Source of the DNA: Oligoflexales bacterium
GTDB taxonomy: Bacteria; Bdellovibrionota_B; Oligoflexia; Oligoflexales; RGVZ01
Direction of reading: 5' to 3'
DNA length: 64,000 nt
Assembly (NCBI GenBank): GCA_947468665.1
Contig: CANILH010000005.1
Coordinates: forward strand, 512 to 64,511
Positions within the stretch are counted from its first letter, which is position 1; each line of letters opens with the position of its first letter. This document shows, piece by piece, positions 28,337 through 37,238 of the stretch. The notes below the pieces were generated by a model that saw only the letters and a list, made by a program, of their open reading frames with translations, did no database searches and had not been told where the DNA came from. The translations under genes and the position numbers were made by a program.

Positions 28337-29251
28337 CTAAACCCTTAATACCACGCATTTCCAGCCGTTTTCACTGGTTACAGACTCCACCTGGAGTCCG
28401 TGTTTTTGTGCTTTCGCCACGAGTGGGCCTTCTTCCTTGTCGACAAACCCGGCTACAATCAGCCTGCCACCGGACGCAAGCAGCGCCACGATCGCAGGCA
28501 TTAAATCATGCAGAACCGGCACGAGAATATTGGCTATGATCAGATCAAATGATTCCGTAAATTCAGGTGTGTCGGCGAGTCGAATGTCAGCTGTTACGCC
28601 CGCGGCGTCGCAGTTGGCCTGTGCCAGTTCCACCAAATCCTCAGAGATCTCAGTACCCGCGAGACGACTGACACCGAGATGATGACAAAGAATCAGGTAA
28701 ATTCCTGTTCCGGTCCCCACATCAAGCACTGACTTTGGAGACCATGATGGAAGTTTTGTTTCCAACATCTCAATGATCGCCCTTGTCGTCGCATGCTGAC
28801 CGGTGCCGAATGCCCCGCCGGCGGCGTCAATCTCCACACGAATTAAGCCGTCCGGTGTTGTCAACGCATCACCAAGTGGTGCGATAAAGAATTTACCGGT
28901 GCGAAACTCGGTGAAAGACTCCCGCCAGCACCGCTGCCACGAGTCATCCGTAATTTCATGAATATTAGCCCGAACCTCAGCGCCAAACTCATTATGAAGC
29001 TCACGCCAAAGCTCTCGGGAGACACCCTCCGACTCATCAAATAACGCCACCGGCGAGGCGGCCAGACGCTCGTCAGTCGTTAGTCCGGTATCGGACTCAA
29101 CGTCTGTTAATTCCGTCTCAACACCGTCTATTACGCCCTCAACAATGTCGGTCCGCCCGATGGACTCAAGCCAGGCCATGACACGCTCTTTGGATCTGAC
29201 GCGGTCGGCCATGTCTGGCGAGACAAATGTAATCAGCAGCTCAAACGCCAT
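28337..29251 (-). CDS. prmA: Ribosomal protein L11 methyltransferase-like
   Basis: W..CW, AFGTGQHATT, VLDVGTGTG, FDLIIANIL. Confidence 0.85.
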   Translation of the reverse strand: MAFELLITFVSPDMADRVRSKERVMAWLESIGRTDIVEGVIDGVETELTDVESDTGLTTDERLAASPVALFDESEGVSRELWRELHNEFGAEVRANIHEITDDSWQRCWRESFTEFRTGKFFIAPLGDALTTPDGLIRVEIDAAGGAFGTGQHATTRAIIEMLETKLPSWSPKSVLDVGTGTGIYLILCHHLGVSRLAGTEISEDLVELAQANCDAAGVTADIRLADTPEFTESFDLIIANILVPVLHDLMPAIVALLASGGRLIVAGFVDKEEGPLVAKAQKHGLQVESVTSENGWKCVVLRV

Positions 29252-29252
29252 G

Positions 29253-30770
29253 TCACGAAAGCCAAACCCGGTATTGCCGTTTACCGTGGGATGCCGTGAA
29301 AAGATCCTGGGGCTCACCACCAGCCGCGATGGCTTTTTGCTTTATGGCGATCAGATCAATGCCGTCAGCCGCGCATTTCTGGGCGACATTCTCAGGAAGT
29401 AGATCCTCAAGATCCTCAATCGCCCGGGCAGGGAGACTGAGATCAACAATTTCCTCACCGCCTTCGGTAACCAATACCCTGAGATGAGTTGCCGTGAGTT
29501 CAATGCCATCGGCGGTTGTTTGGGAGACCGCTACCGGCGCGGGCGATGACCTGCGCATAAACATAGCCATGTTTTTAATCTGCTGTTCCCAAGGCCACCA
29601 GATTTTGGCGAGATTGACGCTCGCGCCAAGAGTCATCATCGCGTGATGCCATCCTTGAATGGTACGCATGTAATACATAAACCAAGGCGGTCCAGCGGTG
29701 CGAAACCACCACTTATCGGCGCCAAGAATACTGTCCATTCCCTCGGCTAGCTTCCAGTCGTCCGCGGACCAATAACTTTCGGTCAAAAGAGGCTTTAACA
29801 GCAACTGGCTGAGCGCTGGAAGCTTAGCTGCGATTGGCGCAAGACGCCGTCCCGAGAATCCGATTGCTTCCAGAGAAGACAAAATCGCCGCCGGGTCACC
29901 ACCGCGGGTCGCCTCAAGCCAGTAATAAAGCAATATGCCCTGGTTTGGCCCGAGAGTGTATGCCGATCCGAAATCGTATAGCACCACCTGAACATTATCA
30001 CCATCGACCCGAAACCCGTAATTACCGGGATTCAGATCAGTATGCACAAGCCCGAGACCAAAAGTACTGTCGACGACAAACGCCGAAAAAATAGCGGCGG
30101 CCTTACAGCACTCTCCGTAGCCAAGACTCCCTTTTACGTCCGCTAGAGGCACGCTGTCTTCCCACGACTGGGTAAGAATCTTTGACGTGGAATACTCGCC
30201 GTAGACTTTCGGGATGACGATCGCTGCGCCTTTATAGCGGCTATAGAAGCGGTTTTGCGTCAACGCCTCTACCCGGTAATCGGTTTCCTCAAGAAGCTTC
30301 TGTCCGATGAATTTCTTGGTGGCACCGACATCAAACTCGTAGTTTCGGGCGGGACTTAAACCGGCTACTCCAAAAATGGCGTCAATCTGAGCCGCGAGTG
30401 ACGCGGCCACATCTGGATATTGAACCTTGATCGCGACCCGCTCGCCCGATCTCAGCACGGCCTGGTGCGTCTGCCCGAGCGAGGCTGTCTTTGACCACTC
30501 ACTGAGACTCTCAATTGCCTCAGCCAGCAGCGGGCTCTCACGGGCGATAATCGCTTTAATATCCTCAATGGGCATGGGCTCCGGTGACGGAATATCAGAT
30601 GCATCCCTCATACCGAGAAGCTGGCCGATTTTTGCTGGTGCTCCTGGCATGCCACTCAGCGTGTTCTGAAGAAATCTCTCGCCGTCATCCCGTCCGAACG
30701 CTTTGCGCATAGCCATCTGAGCCCCGATGGAGGCGAACCTGAGTAACTCTTTGCCAACCCTTAAATTCAA
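29253..30770 (-). CDS. ABC1/UbiB family atypical kinase with C-terminal extension
   Basis: AKIGQ, ASLGQTH, VAIKVQYP, EETDYRVEA, HTDLNPGN, YDFG. Confidence 0.9.
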   Translation of the reverse strand: MNLRVGKELLRFASIGAQMAMRKAFGRDDGERFLQNTLSGMPGAPAKIGQLLGMRDASDIPSPEPMPIEDIKAIIARESPLLAEAIESLSEWSKTASLGQTHQAVLRSGERVAIKVQYPDVAASLAAQIDAIFGVAGLSPARNYEFDVGATKKFIGQKLLEETDYRVEALTQNRFYSRYKGAAIVIPKVYGEYSTSKILTQSWEDSVPLADVKGSLGYGECCKAAAIFSAFVVDSTFGLGLVHTDLNPGNYGFRVDGDNVQVVLYDFGSAYTLGPNQGILLYYWLEATRGGDPAAILSSLEAIGFSGRRLAPIAAKLPALSQLLLKPLLTESYWSADDWKLAEGMDSILGADKWWFRTAGPPWFMYYMRTIQGWHHAMMTLGASVNLAKIWWPWEQQIKNMAMFMRRSSPAPVAVSQTTADGIELTATHLRVLVTEGGEEIVDLSLPARAIEDLEDLLPENVAQKCAADGIDLIAIKQKAIAAGGEPQDLFTASHGKRQYRVWLS

Positions 30771-30781
30771 ACTTTATGACC

Positions 30782-31444
30782 TCAATTATGAATGATTATC
30801 AGATCAGCAGTCGTAACATAGCGTGCCCCGCCACTTACTATCCGGAATTCGACAGATGACACGTTTCCCATAACAGCATCCGCTGCCATTCTCTTGCCAC
30901 CCTGAAAACATTTAGAGAGTTTATAGCCGGAACCAGACACGCTTACATAGTCGCATATCACCGCTCCGTGGTTGATTACGAGACTCGCGCCCTGGCCCTC
31001 ACCAGAGTCACCACCGGGGGCTTCGTCCAGGGCTTCCGGCATCGCGGAAATGGGAATATTGACGACGCCCGGCAGATCCAGACGCGCCGTAAAACGAATC
31101 GGGTCGCGGGATCCCGTTTTTGGCATGACAATGGTCGAGCGAAGCCTGATTGATTTTGCGGTGGCGTCATACTCCGCCCTGATTAGGTCAGGAACATTGC
31201 CACCGTCTTTCGCCACTAGGTAGCCACTGTCAGCATCGCAGCGCACAGCCGTAAACGGGACATTCACCGCCGGCACAGCACCCCCCGAACCCTGGATATC
31301 GACCGTGATATTAAAGCTATCGCAGGGCGGAAGCCCCGGCACCGAATACAGGGCGCTGGACTTGGCAGGTTCCTTCTTACAGCCTGAAACGGCCGCGAAA
31401 CAGCACGCTAAAACAGCCCCAAAAAGGTAAGGCTTCATACTCAT
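30782..31444 (-). CDS. Lipoprotein of unknown function
   Basis: Signal peptide with lipobox VSGC, GGAG SD, several Cys. Confidence 0.75.
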   Translation of the reverse strand: MSMKPYLFGAVLACCFAAVSGCKKEPAKSSALYSVPGLPPCDSFNITVDIQGSGGAVPAVNVPFTAVRCDADSGYLVAKDGGNVPDLIRAEYDATAKSIRLRSTIVMPKTGSRDPIRFTARLDLPGVVNIPISAMPEALDEAPGGDSGEGQGASLVINHGAVICDYVSVSGSGYKLSKCFQGGKRMAADAVMGNVSSVEFRIVSGGARYVTTADLIIIHN

Positions 31445-31633
31445 AAAATCTCCAAATCCTCGAATGATTCTGTGCGGATAATACCATGAAACTACCGGAG
31501 AAATCCTGCATCCTCTGGGGCGCTCTTAAAAGTCTTTAAACTTTAATAGAATTAGTGTACAAACTCGGTACTATTTTATTAAACCGTGCCCCCTGCATCC
31601 AGAACTCATAAGCCACACTGATAGAAGGTTGCC

Positions 31634-32533
31634 ATGACGCTTGAGAAACTCTTACCCTTCGCCGTCGCCTCCCTGGCGCTGCTAAGTAATTGCGGAAACA
31701 AAATCGACACTGGGCGAAACTCTGATCCATCCCAATGGCCTAGCCCCACCGCGACTGGGTCCAATACCGGGGAGGCAAATCCTGAAGGAACAAATGGGAA
31801 CACTACCGGCGAACGCGGTACATTGACGAGTAGATGTTTTGAGCTAAAAAAAACTAAAATCCCGACTGAGATCGCCAAAATCTGCGCCGACAACATCAAA
31901 CCTGTCGCCGAACTCAAAGAACTTTACCCGCTTATTTGTGAGCAGGGATATCTGATCAGCCTCCTGCAAAAACCTGAATGCGGCTGGGATGGCACACCTG
32001 CCACCATGAAACGGCACACTCACCACTACAGCGTTCAAACTGATCCCGCTAAAGATTATGAGGACGTTCACGCGACTATCACCCACGCGCCTGTCTCTGT
32101 CAGCAAATATCTTGTGGCTCCCCGCCTCGCCTACGAGAACTTCGACGAGTTCAAACGTCTGGGGTTTCAGTGGATGGCAGGTACCAAAGAACAGAAAAAC
32201 CTCTCGGGCACAACCTGGGAAAATGGAGTTGTCTATAGCTTCCGCGCTGACAAAGGCGAATATGAGCTCGGCTACAAAGGCACCTCAAAACTCTACCAGC
32301 TCTCCTCAACTCTTTACGCAGTGCTTAATTACGCGAACGGTGACTTCGCCAGGATCGCCGCGTACTCCCAGATTATTTTCTATCAAGAGCAGCCGGACCA
32401 CACGACCATCTCAGTTAGTCTGGCACACCGCCGCATTTCCAGTCCGGGTCTCTATGATATCGCTAAAAAAAGCTGCGCTGAGCAGTTAAAGGACATGTTT
32501 GAAAAAGGATATAAAAATGCGATCAAACCGTAA
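31634..32533 (+). CDS. Lipoprotein of unknown function (possible START/SRPBCC-like C-terminal fold)
   Basis: Lipobox LSNC, G/T/N-rich linker, Cys-rich segment, beta-rich domain ending in a long helix. Confidence 0.72.
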   Translation: MTLEKLLPFAVASLALLSNCGNKIDTGRNSDPSQWPSPTATGSNTGEANPEGTNGNTTGERGTLTSRCFELKKTKIPTEIAKICADNIKPVAELKELYPLICEQGYLISLLQKPECGWDGTPATMKRHTHHYSVQTDPAKDYEDVHATITHAPVSVSKYLVAPRLAYENFDEFKRLGFQWMAGTKEQKNLSGTTWENGVVYSFRADKGEYELGYKGTSKLYQLSSTLYAVLNYANGDFARIAAYSQIIFYQEQPDHTTISVSLAHRRISSPGLYDIAKKSCAEQLKDMFEKGYKNAIKP

Positions 32534-32537
32534 GGAA

Positions 32538-33800
32538 ATGTCTCTGACAAACACTCTCCTCTGGCTCGCGGTATTGTTGGCTACGGCATCTTGCGGTCTC
32601 AACAAAAAACCTCACTACCACGACAAAAACTTCGGACGTAGCAGTGACGACATCTCCGGTACAGACGGCGCCGGACCGACCGGGACGTCACCCGAAACCC
32701 CGTCTACCCCTGATTCCGACACACCAGATGACGCAGAGCCTGAAACACCAAAAGACAAGCTACTCAGCCACTACGGGTTCATGGGCTACTTCAATATGGA
32801 CTCCATTCACCGGATGTTCCGCGGTGGCGATACCATCAATGGACAGATTTCCACTGGCGGCACCCTTGACGACACGATGTCTCAGCTCCTTGGAATCGTC
32901 ATTGGCCAGCACACCCGCGAGTCACTCGTTATGACCATTCGCCAAAATGGCGAGAGACAAAACCTCGTCACCCAGAACGCTAACTCCGTCGGTGGCGACA
33001 ATATTTCCGCCATGAAAGGCGAGGAGTCACAAAGCGGCGCACAGACTATCGACTGGGCGCTTCCTGGAAGCGCGATTTCCGAATCATGTCCGGGACCGTT
33101 TGTCTGCGCTGAGCGAATCGTCTGGATCCCAAAGTCTGGCAACACCATGACATACTGCTACCGCGATCACGCCACAAAAAAGCATATTGTCATACCATAC
33201 GCCCCGAACCCGCACTTTTCGGCAGGCGCCTACAAGGATGCCATCGGCGATGGACTCAGCTCAGCACCTATTGAGGTTGTCACTCATCCAGGCAACGTTG
33301 CATGTGATAATGTCGAGCTTGAGACTCGTGACGTCACTCTCGTCGCCTGGCACATCAGCATGGGCGACACATCCGCGCAGAATAAACCGGGGTTTTTACG
33401 CCGCGCCATTTTTAAGCCTCTCAAAGCTGACGCGGAGGTTCTGGTCGACTACAGCCTTTTCAACGAGGCTCTCAACATGGCGTATCTTCCCAAAACGGGG
33501 CCTTACATTGACCAGCTCGCGCGTCTTAACTCAAGAATGCGCTACTTCGTTAATAGCGCTGAGCACGCGTTCATAAAAATTGACCGCACGGTTCAGTCGC
33601 CTATGAAACTGGAAGGATCTGTCATTACTGATTTCATCCGCGAGACCTATGGGACCATGGCCGCTGATCTCGCGAGCCTTGTTTTCCCTCGGCAAAACGA
33701 CGTCGAGGGCGTACAGCTCGTATATTCCTTTGAGTTCTGCGCCCATCTCGGTGTCGTCACCAACGCGTTTAATCACTGCACGGGACGTCCAGTACCATGA
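32538..33800 (+). CDS. Lipoprotein of unknown function
   Basis: Lipobox TASC, P/T/D-rich linker, AAGGA SD 4 bp after the upstream stop. Confidence 0.72.
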   Translation: MSLTNTLLWLAVLLATASCGLNKKPHYHDKNFGRSSDDISGTDGAGPTGTSPETPSTPDSDTPDDAEPETPKDKLLSHYGFMGYFNMDSIHRMFRGGDTINGQISTGGTLDDTMSQLLGIVIGQHTRESLVMTIRQNGERQNLVTQNANSVGGDNISAMKGEESQSGAQTIDWALPGSAISESCPGPFVCAERIVWIPKSGNTMTYCYRDHATKKHIVIPYAPNPHFSAGAYKDAIGDGLSSAPIEVVTHPGNVACDNVELETRDVTLVAWHISMGDTSAQNKPGFLRRAIFKPLKADAEVLVDYSLFNEALNMAYLPKTGPYIDQLARLNSRMRYFVNSAEHAFIKIDRTVQSPMKLEGSVITDFIRETYGTMAADLASLVFPRQNDVEGVQLVYSFEFCAHLGVVTNAFNHCTGRPVP

Positions 33801-35032
33801 TGAGACATCGTAATTTTATCGCCATGTCGGCGATCTGCACCCTTGTTTTCGGTCTTTCGTCCCGCATCCATGCCAACGTCCTCGGTCTTTTTCCAGGTGG
33901 CGCAGGCTGTAAATCAGCGGCAATGGAGTCCGCCGGTGACTGTACCGACGCGCAAACATTGCTTTATAATCCAGCCGTCATGTCAAATATCGACGCGGGC
34001 CTTTCTGCTGAAGCGGGCCTTGGACGGCTTCAGTATAGCTACGAGCATCCAAACTTTGACCCAGTGAGGGCAGACATCAAAACTCCCGTCGTCTCCGGCG
34101 GATGGATCGGGCGCTTTGCCGAGTCCCGCGGATCATGGGGCATCGCGTTCCTGCCCTCAAGCATGGCTGACCTCAAAATAAAAGGCATGCCACGTCGCGT
34201 TGATGGTAGCCTGGAGTCACTAAACGTCCGCGCGACACGCAAGCAATTTCACCTCGCCGCGGGAGCGAGTTATGCGTTTCCTGAAACAGGAATGAGTCTC
34301 GGCCTGTCGCTTATCGATACTTACGATAACCGCACGCTGAAAGGAGCTCAGGTAACCAATTCCGGCACACCATTGGTTGAGATGAAAGCCAGCGGCAATT
34401 TCATCAGACCAGTTATCGGCACGGCATGGACATCAGACTCCGCGTCCGCTGGTGTGGGTTATATGTTTCCCGTGACCAAACGTTTCAAAGGCAAAACAAA
34501 ACTCGCCTTTAAACCCAAGTCTTTTAATACCGAGCAGGTGGACTACGATCCGGCGATGTTGTTAACGTCCGCGCGGGTCAAAATCCAGGACGCGACGCTG
34601 TCGGCAAACGTCAACCGCGTCTTCGGATCAAAAGGCCGCGGCATCCAGCGCGATGGTCTGAGCCGCCAAACCAAAACCGCGGATCTTAAAGACGCCAACC
34701 ACGTTGGTGTTCGCGGAAGCTATAAAATAAGTGGTTATGGTGAGTTATCATTGGCGGCAGCCTACCTTGATTCTTATTGGGGTGACGGATCCTACTACAC
34801 CGACCAAGATGGCATTCCGCATCAAGAAATCGGTCACATCTTCGGCCAGTTCAACGCGATTCCAGTTCGCAATCAGGCTGTCTCATGGAAGCAGACCGTC
34901 AACGACTGGCAGACCGTCACAACTCTTTACCGCACAGCCGGTGCGACAACAGTAGGCCCCGGAGGGGATAATCCGGGCTACTATCAGATAGAGTTTCTGA
35001 GCCTGACTTGCGGCGTTCAGCGCGTGATGTAA
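33797..35032 (+). CDS. Outer-membrane beta-barrel protein, FadL/OmpP1-like
   Basis: Signal peptide, G.KSAAM...DAQTLLYNPAVM resembles the FadL hatch NPA motif, amphipathic beta strands. ATGA overlap with the upstream gene. Confidence 0.6.
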   Translation: MMRHRNFIAMSAICTLVFGLSSRIHANVLGLFPGGAGCKSAAMESAGDCTDAQTLLYNPAVMSNIDAGLSAEAGLGRLQYSYEHPNFDPVRADIKTPVVSGGWIGRFAESRGSWGIAFLPSSMADLKIKGMPRRVDGSLESLNVRATRKQFHLAAGASYAFPETGMSLGLSLIDTYDNRTLKGAQVTNSGTPLVEMKASGNFIRPVIGTAWTSDSASAGVGYMFPVTKRFKGKTKLAFKPKSFNTEQVDYDPAMLLTSARVKIQDATLSANVNRVFGSKGRGIQRDGLSRQTKTADLKDANHVGVRGSYKISGYGELSLAAAYLDSYWGDGSYYTDQDGIPHQEIGHIFGQFNAIPVRNQAVSWKQTVNDWQTVTTLYRTAGATTVGPGGDNPGYYQIEFLSLTCGVQRVM

Positions 35033-35075
35033 CAGTTTGAATTTATAGTCTAATTAACAAAACCTCATAAATTCC

Positions 35076-35102
35076 TCAATTTTCCCTGGGTAGTGCCGAT
35101 GA
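35076..35102 (+). promoter_or_regulatory. Putative sigma-28 promoter
   Basis: TCAA-N15-GCCGATGA upstream of the 588-aa lipoprotein. Confidence 0.55.
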
Positions 35103-35129
35103 ATCACGCAGCAAAATTGGGGGGTCTTT

Positions 35130-36896
35130 ATGAGCTATCTGATCAAAATATCAGGCCTACTGAAGCCAGATTATCATGTCACGGTCATCATGGCGTTAAC
35201 CGCTATATTAACGACCGCATGTGGAAAAACTCATAAATCCGCGTCAAATAACTCAAGCAGTGGCACGACTGTGGCGAACTCACAATCCCTCGCGGTAAGT
35301 TACCCCGAAGGTATGAGTGTTTCGTCATCCTCGACAACGGCACCTACATCAAGCTCAAATGACCCGACAACTGTCGTCTATGCGTCCGGCGCGTTGTCAA
35401 TACCAGCCACCACTCTCACATCATCACTGACAGCCGCTGATACATACGATCAACAGGCCGTCCCACCCAAGGACCGGATTCTTGACGCGGCCAAACGCCT
35501 GAAAGGCGAGGCCGATGATTGTTTGCCGACTAAAGTCTTCAATCCCCTTCCTCCGAATCCTCCTGGGTGCTATAGCCCCGATGGCGACCTGGTGAGCGTA
35601 AACACAACTTTCACGCCACCTACCCCGTCAGTCCCGAGATTTCCCACCGCCAGTGGCGTCACTCTAAATGGAGAGGCATGTCTCGCGGCGTACTCGCGCG
35701 ATCAGATCGCCCAGGTAGGCGCAATTGTAGATCAGGCGCAAACACTTGTTGAGGGTATGATTTGCGCGGCCTACAAAGCCAACAAATCTCAAAAACTCCC
35801 CAAAACCGGAGAGACTCTGGATCTCGCGGCACATCTGTCCGACATCACCGGGGCGCAAATCGTCCCATCCACTACTGATATGGCATCAGCAACCGGAGCT
35901 CCAACACCCGTAGCTGGCACGGCGCCGCCAAAGGCCAACTTCCGGTTTATGAAAGCCACGATTGAGCGCAAAGACGACACAACCGACCGCGCACAGTTTC
36001 TCTCCCAGATTGTTATGGAAGTGAACGGGATAGTGCGTGAGATCAGACTCATGCACATGCCGTCTCTGACCAGCGGTAACAATGACTATCTAGGACGTCT
36101 CTCAATCCGCACCATACCTGTCCAGAGGCCGGGCATTACTGACAACAATCAAAATTACCTCGACCTGAACTACATGCTGAGTGTTGATACAACAGACGGT
36201 AGCAAACCAAAAACACGCTACCGTCTTCTGCGCGCCATGTTTAACTATGATGCCCTGAAAGCCATGAATCAGGACCCGTTCGCCGGAGTCGGACAGCTGA
36301 ATTTGAACGTAGGCGCTGACTTCTCCGGCACAGAGACGACACCTGGCTATGGACACTTCCCTGGCGACACCGTCAATAGTCTGAACGCGACGATGAGTCG
36401 GGTAAACCAGATAGACTATGAGGGCAACCCGATCACGAGCGAAGGCAAACTCGCGTTCTGGGTGAACCCAGGTGGAAACTACCGCGAACCTGCGCGTGGT
36501 ATGGTTGCCGATAGAAAACGTGAAAGCGCGGACTCCACTAGACTCATCGGCTGCGCGGTGAGCGGCGCGGCACTTGGCGGTGATCTGGGTGGCGCCTACT
36601 CCATCCGCAAGGCCCAAAAGACGTCAACGCTGATGAAGCCAACAGGTTATTATCACCCGGATGGTCAGGACGATAATACAGCTCTCCGTGTCAACCCCCG
36701 TTGCGCGGCCGGTGACTGTAAAATAGCGCCCTACGTCTATAAGCAATGCTACCGCCAAAATGATGCTGGTCTTTATGTGCCAGATAGCAATATCGACACG
36801 GCCAAAAACTATGATGTTATCAACGTGCGCTCGACACCAGGAGTTATTGATGACCGCATGCCTGCGGTCGACGGCAAAATCGGAGCGCCCAAATAA
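35130..36896 (+). CDS. Large lipoprotein of unknown function
   Basis: Lipobox TTAC, S/T-rich linker, Pro-rich segments, paired Cys. Confidence 0.75.
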   Translation: MSYLIKISGLLKPDYHVTVIMALTAILTTACGKTHKSASNNSSSGTTVANSQSLAVSYPEGMSVSSSSTTAPTSSSNDPTTVVYASGALSIPATTLTSSLTAADTYDQQAVPPKDRILDAAKRLKGEADDCLPTKVFNPLPPNPPGCYSPDGDLVSVNTTFTPPTPSVPRFPTASGVTLNGEACLAAYSRDQIAQVGAIVDQAQTLVEGMICAAYKANKSQKLPKTGETLDLAAHLSDITGAQIVPSTTDMASATGAPTPVAGTAPPKANFRFMKATIERKDDTTDRAQFLSQIVMEVNGIVREIRLMHMPSLTSGNNDYLGRLSIRTIPVQRPGITDNNQNYLDLNYMLSVDTTDGSKPKTRYRLLRAMFNYDALKAMNQDPFAGVGQLNLNVGADFSGTETTPGYGHFPGDTVNSLNATMSRVNQIDYEGNPITSEGKLAFWVNPGGNYREPARGMVADRKRESADSTRLIGCAVSGAALGGDLGGAYSIRKAQKTSTLMKPTGYYHPDGQDDNTALRVNPRCAAGDCKIAPYVYKQCYRQNDAGLYVPDSNIDTAKNYDVINVRSTPGVIDDRMPAVDGKIGAPK

Positions 36897-36935
36897 TTAC
36901 GACGTGACTTATGTCCGACGCGAAGCCAACTCTAG

Positions 36936-37148
36936 CAAAACACATTCGGTCCCTGCGCCCCGAGTGGACATGGAACGATTGTCGGGCGACGGTTAATGGT
37001 GACCATTGCCGACACGTCCAAAGCCCCTCGCATCGCGCGACATGCTCATGAATTGGGCTTTGTTCACCCGGTCACCCGGGCGGCACTTCACTGGATCTCG
37101 CCGCTGGCGGCTGATTTAGCCGCGTGGTGGGACAAATTAAAGGTCTGA
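36936..37148 (+). pseudogene. Remnant of the C-terminus of an RluA/RluD pseudouridine synthase
   Basis: One frame reads SGHGTIVGRRL...APRIARHAHELGFVHPVTRAALHWISPLAADL*, matching GHPIVGD..Y and R.ALHA..L.F.HP.T....F.APLP.D. An in-frame stop lies upstream and there is no catalytic HRLD region. Confidence 0.7.
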
Positions 37149-37161
37149 ACCGAAAATTTAT

Positions 37162-37190
37162 CTGACAAGTCGCCGCCATTTGGGTAGATT
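37162..37190 (+). promoter_or_regulatory. Putative sigma-70 promoter for tkt
   Basis: CTGACA-N17-TAGATT. Confidence 0.4.
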
Positions 37191-37238
37191 TTGGTCTTCT
37201 CCAAGATATCGAAATCTCTCTTAGTTAACGGGACTTAC

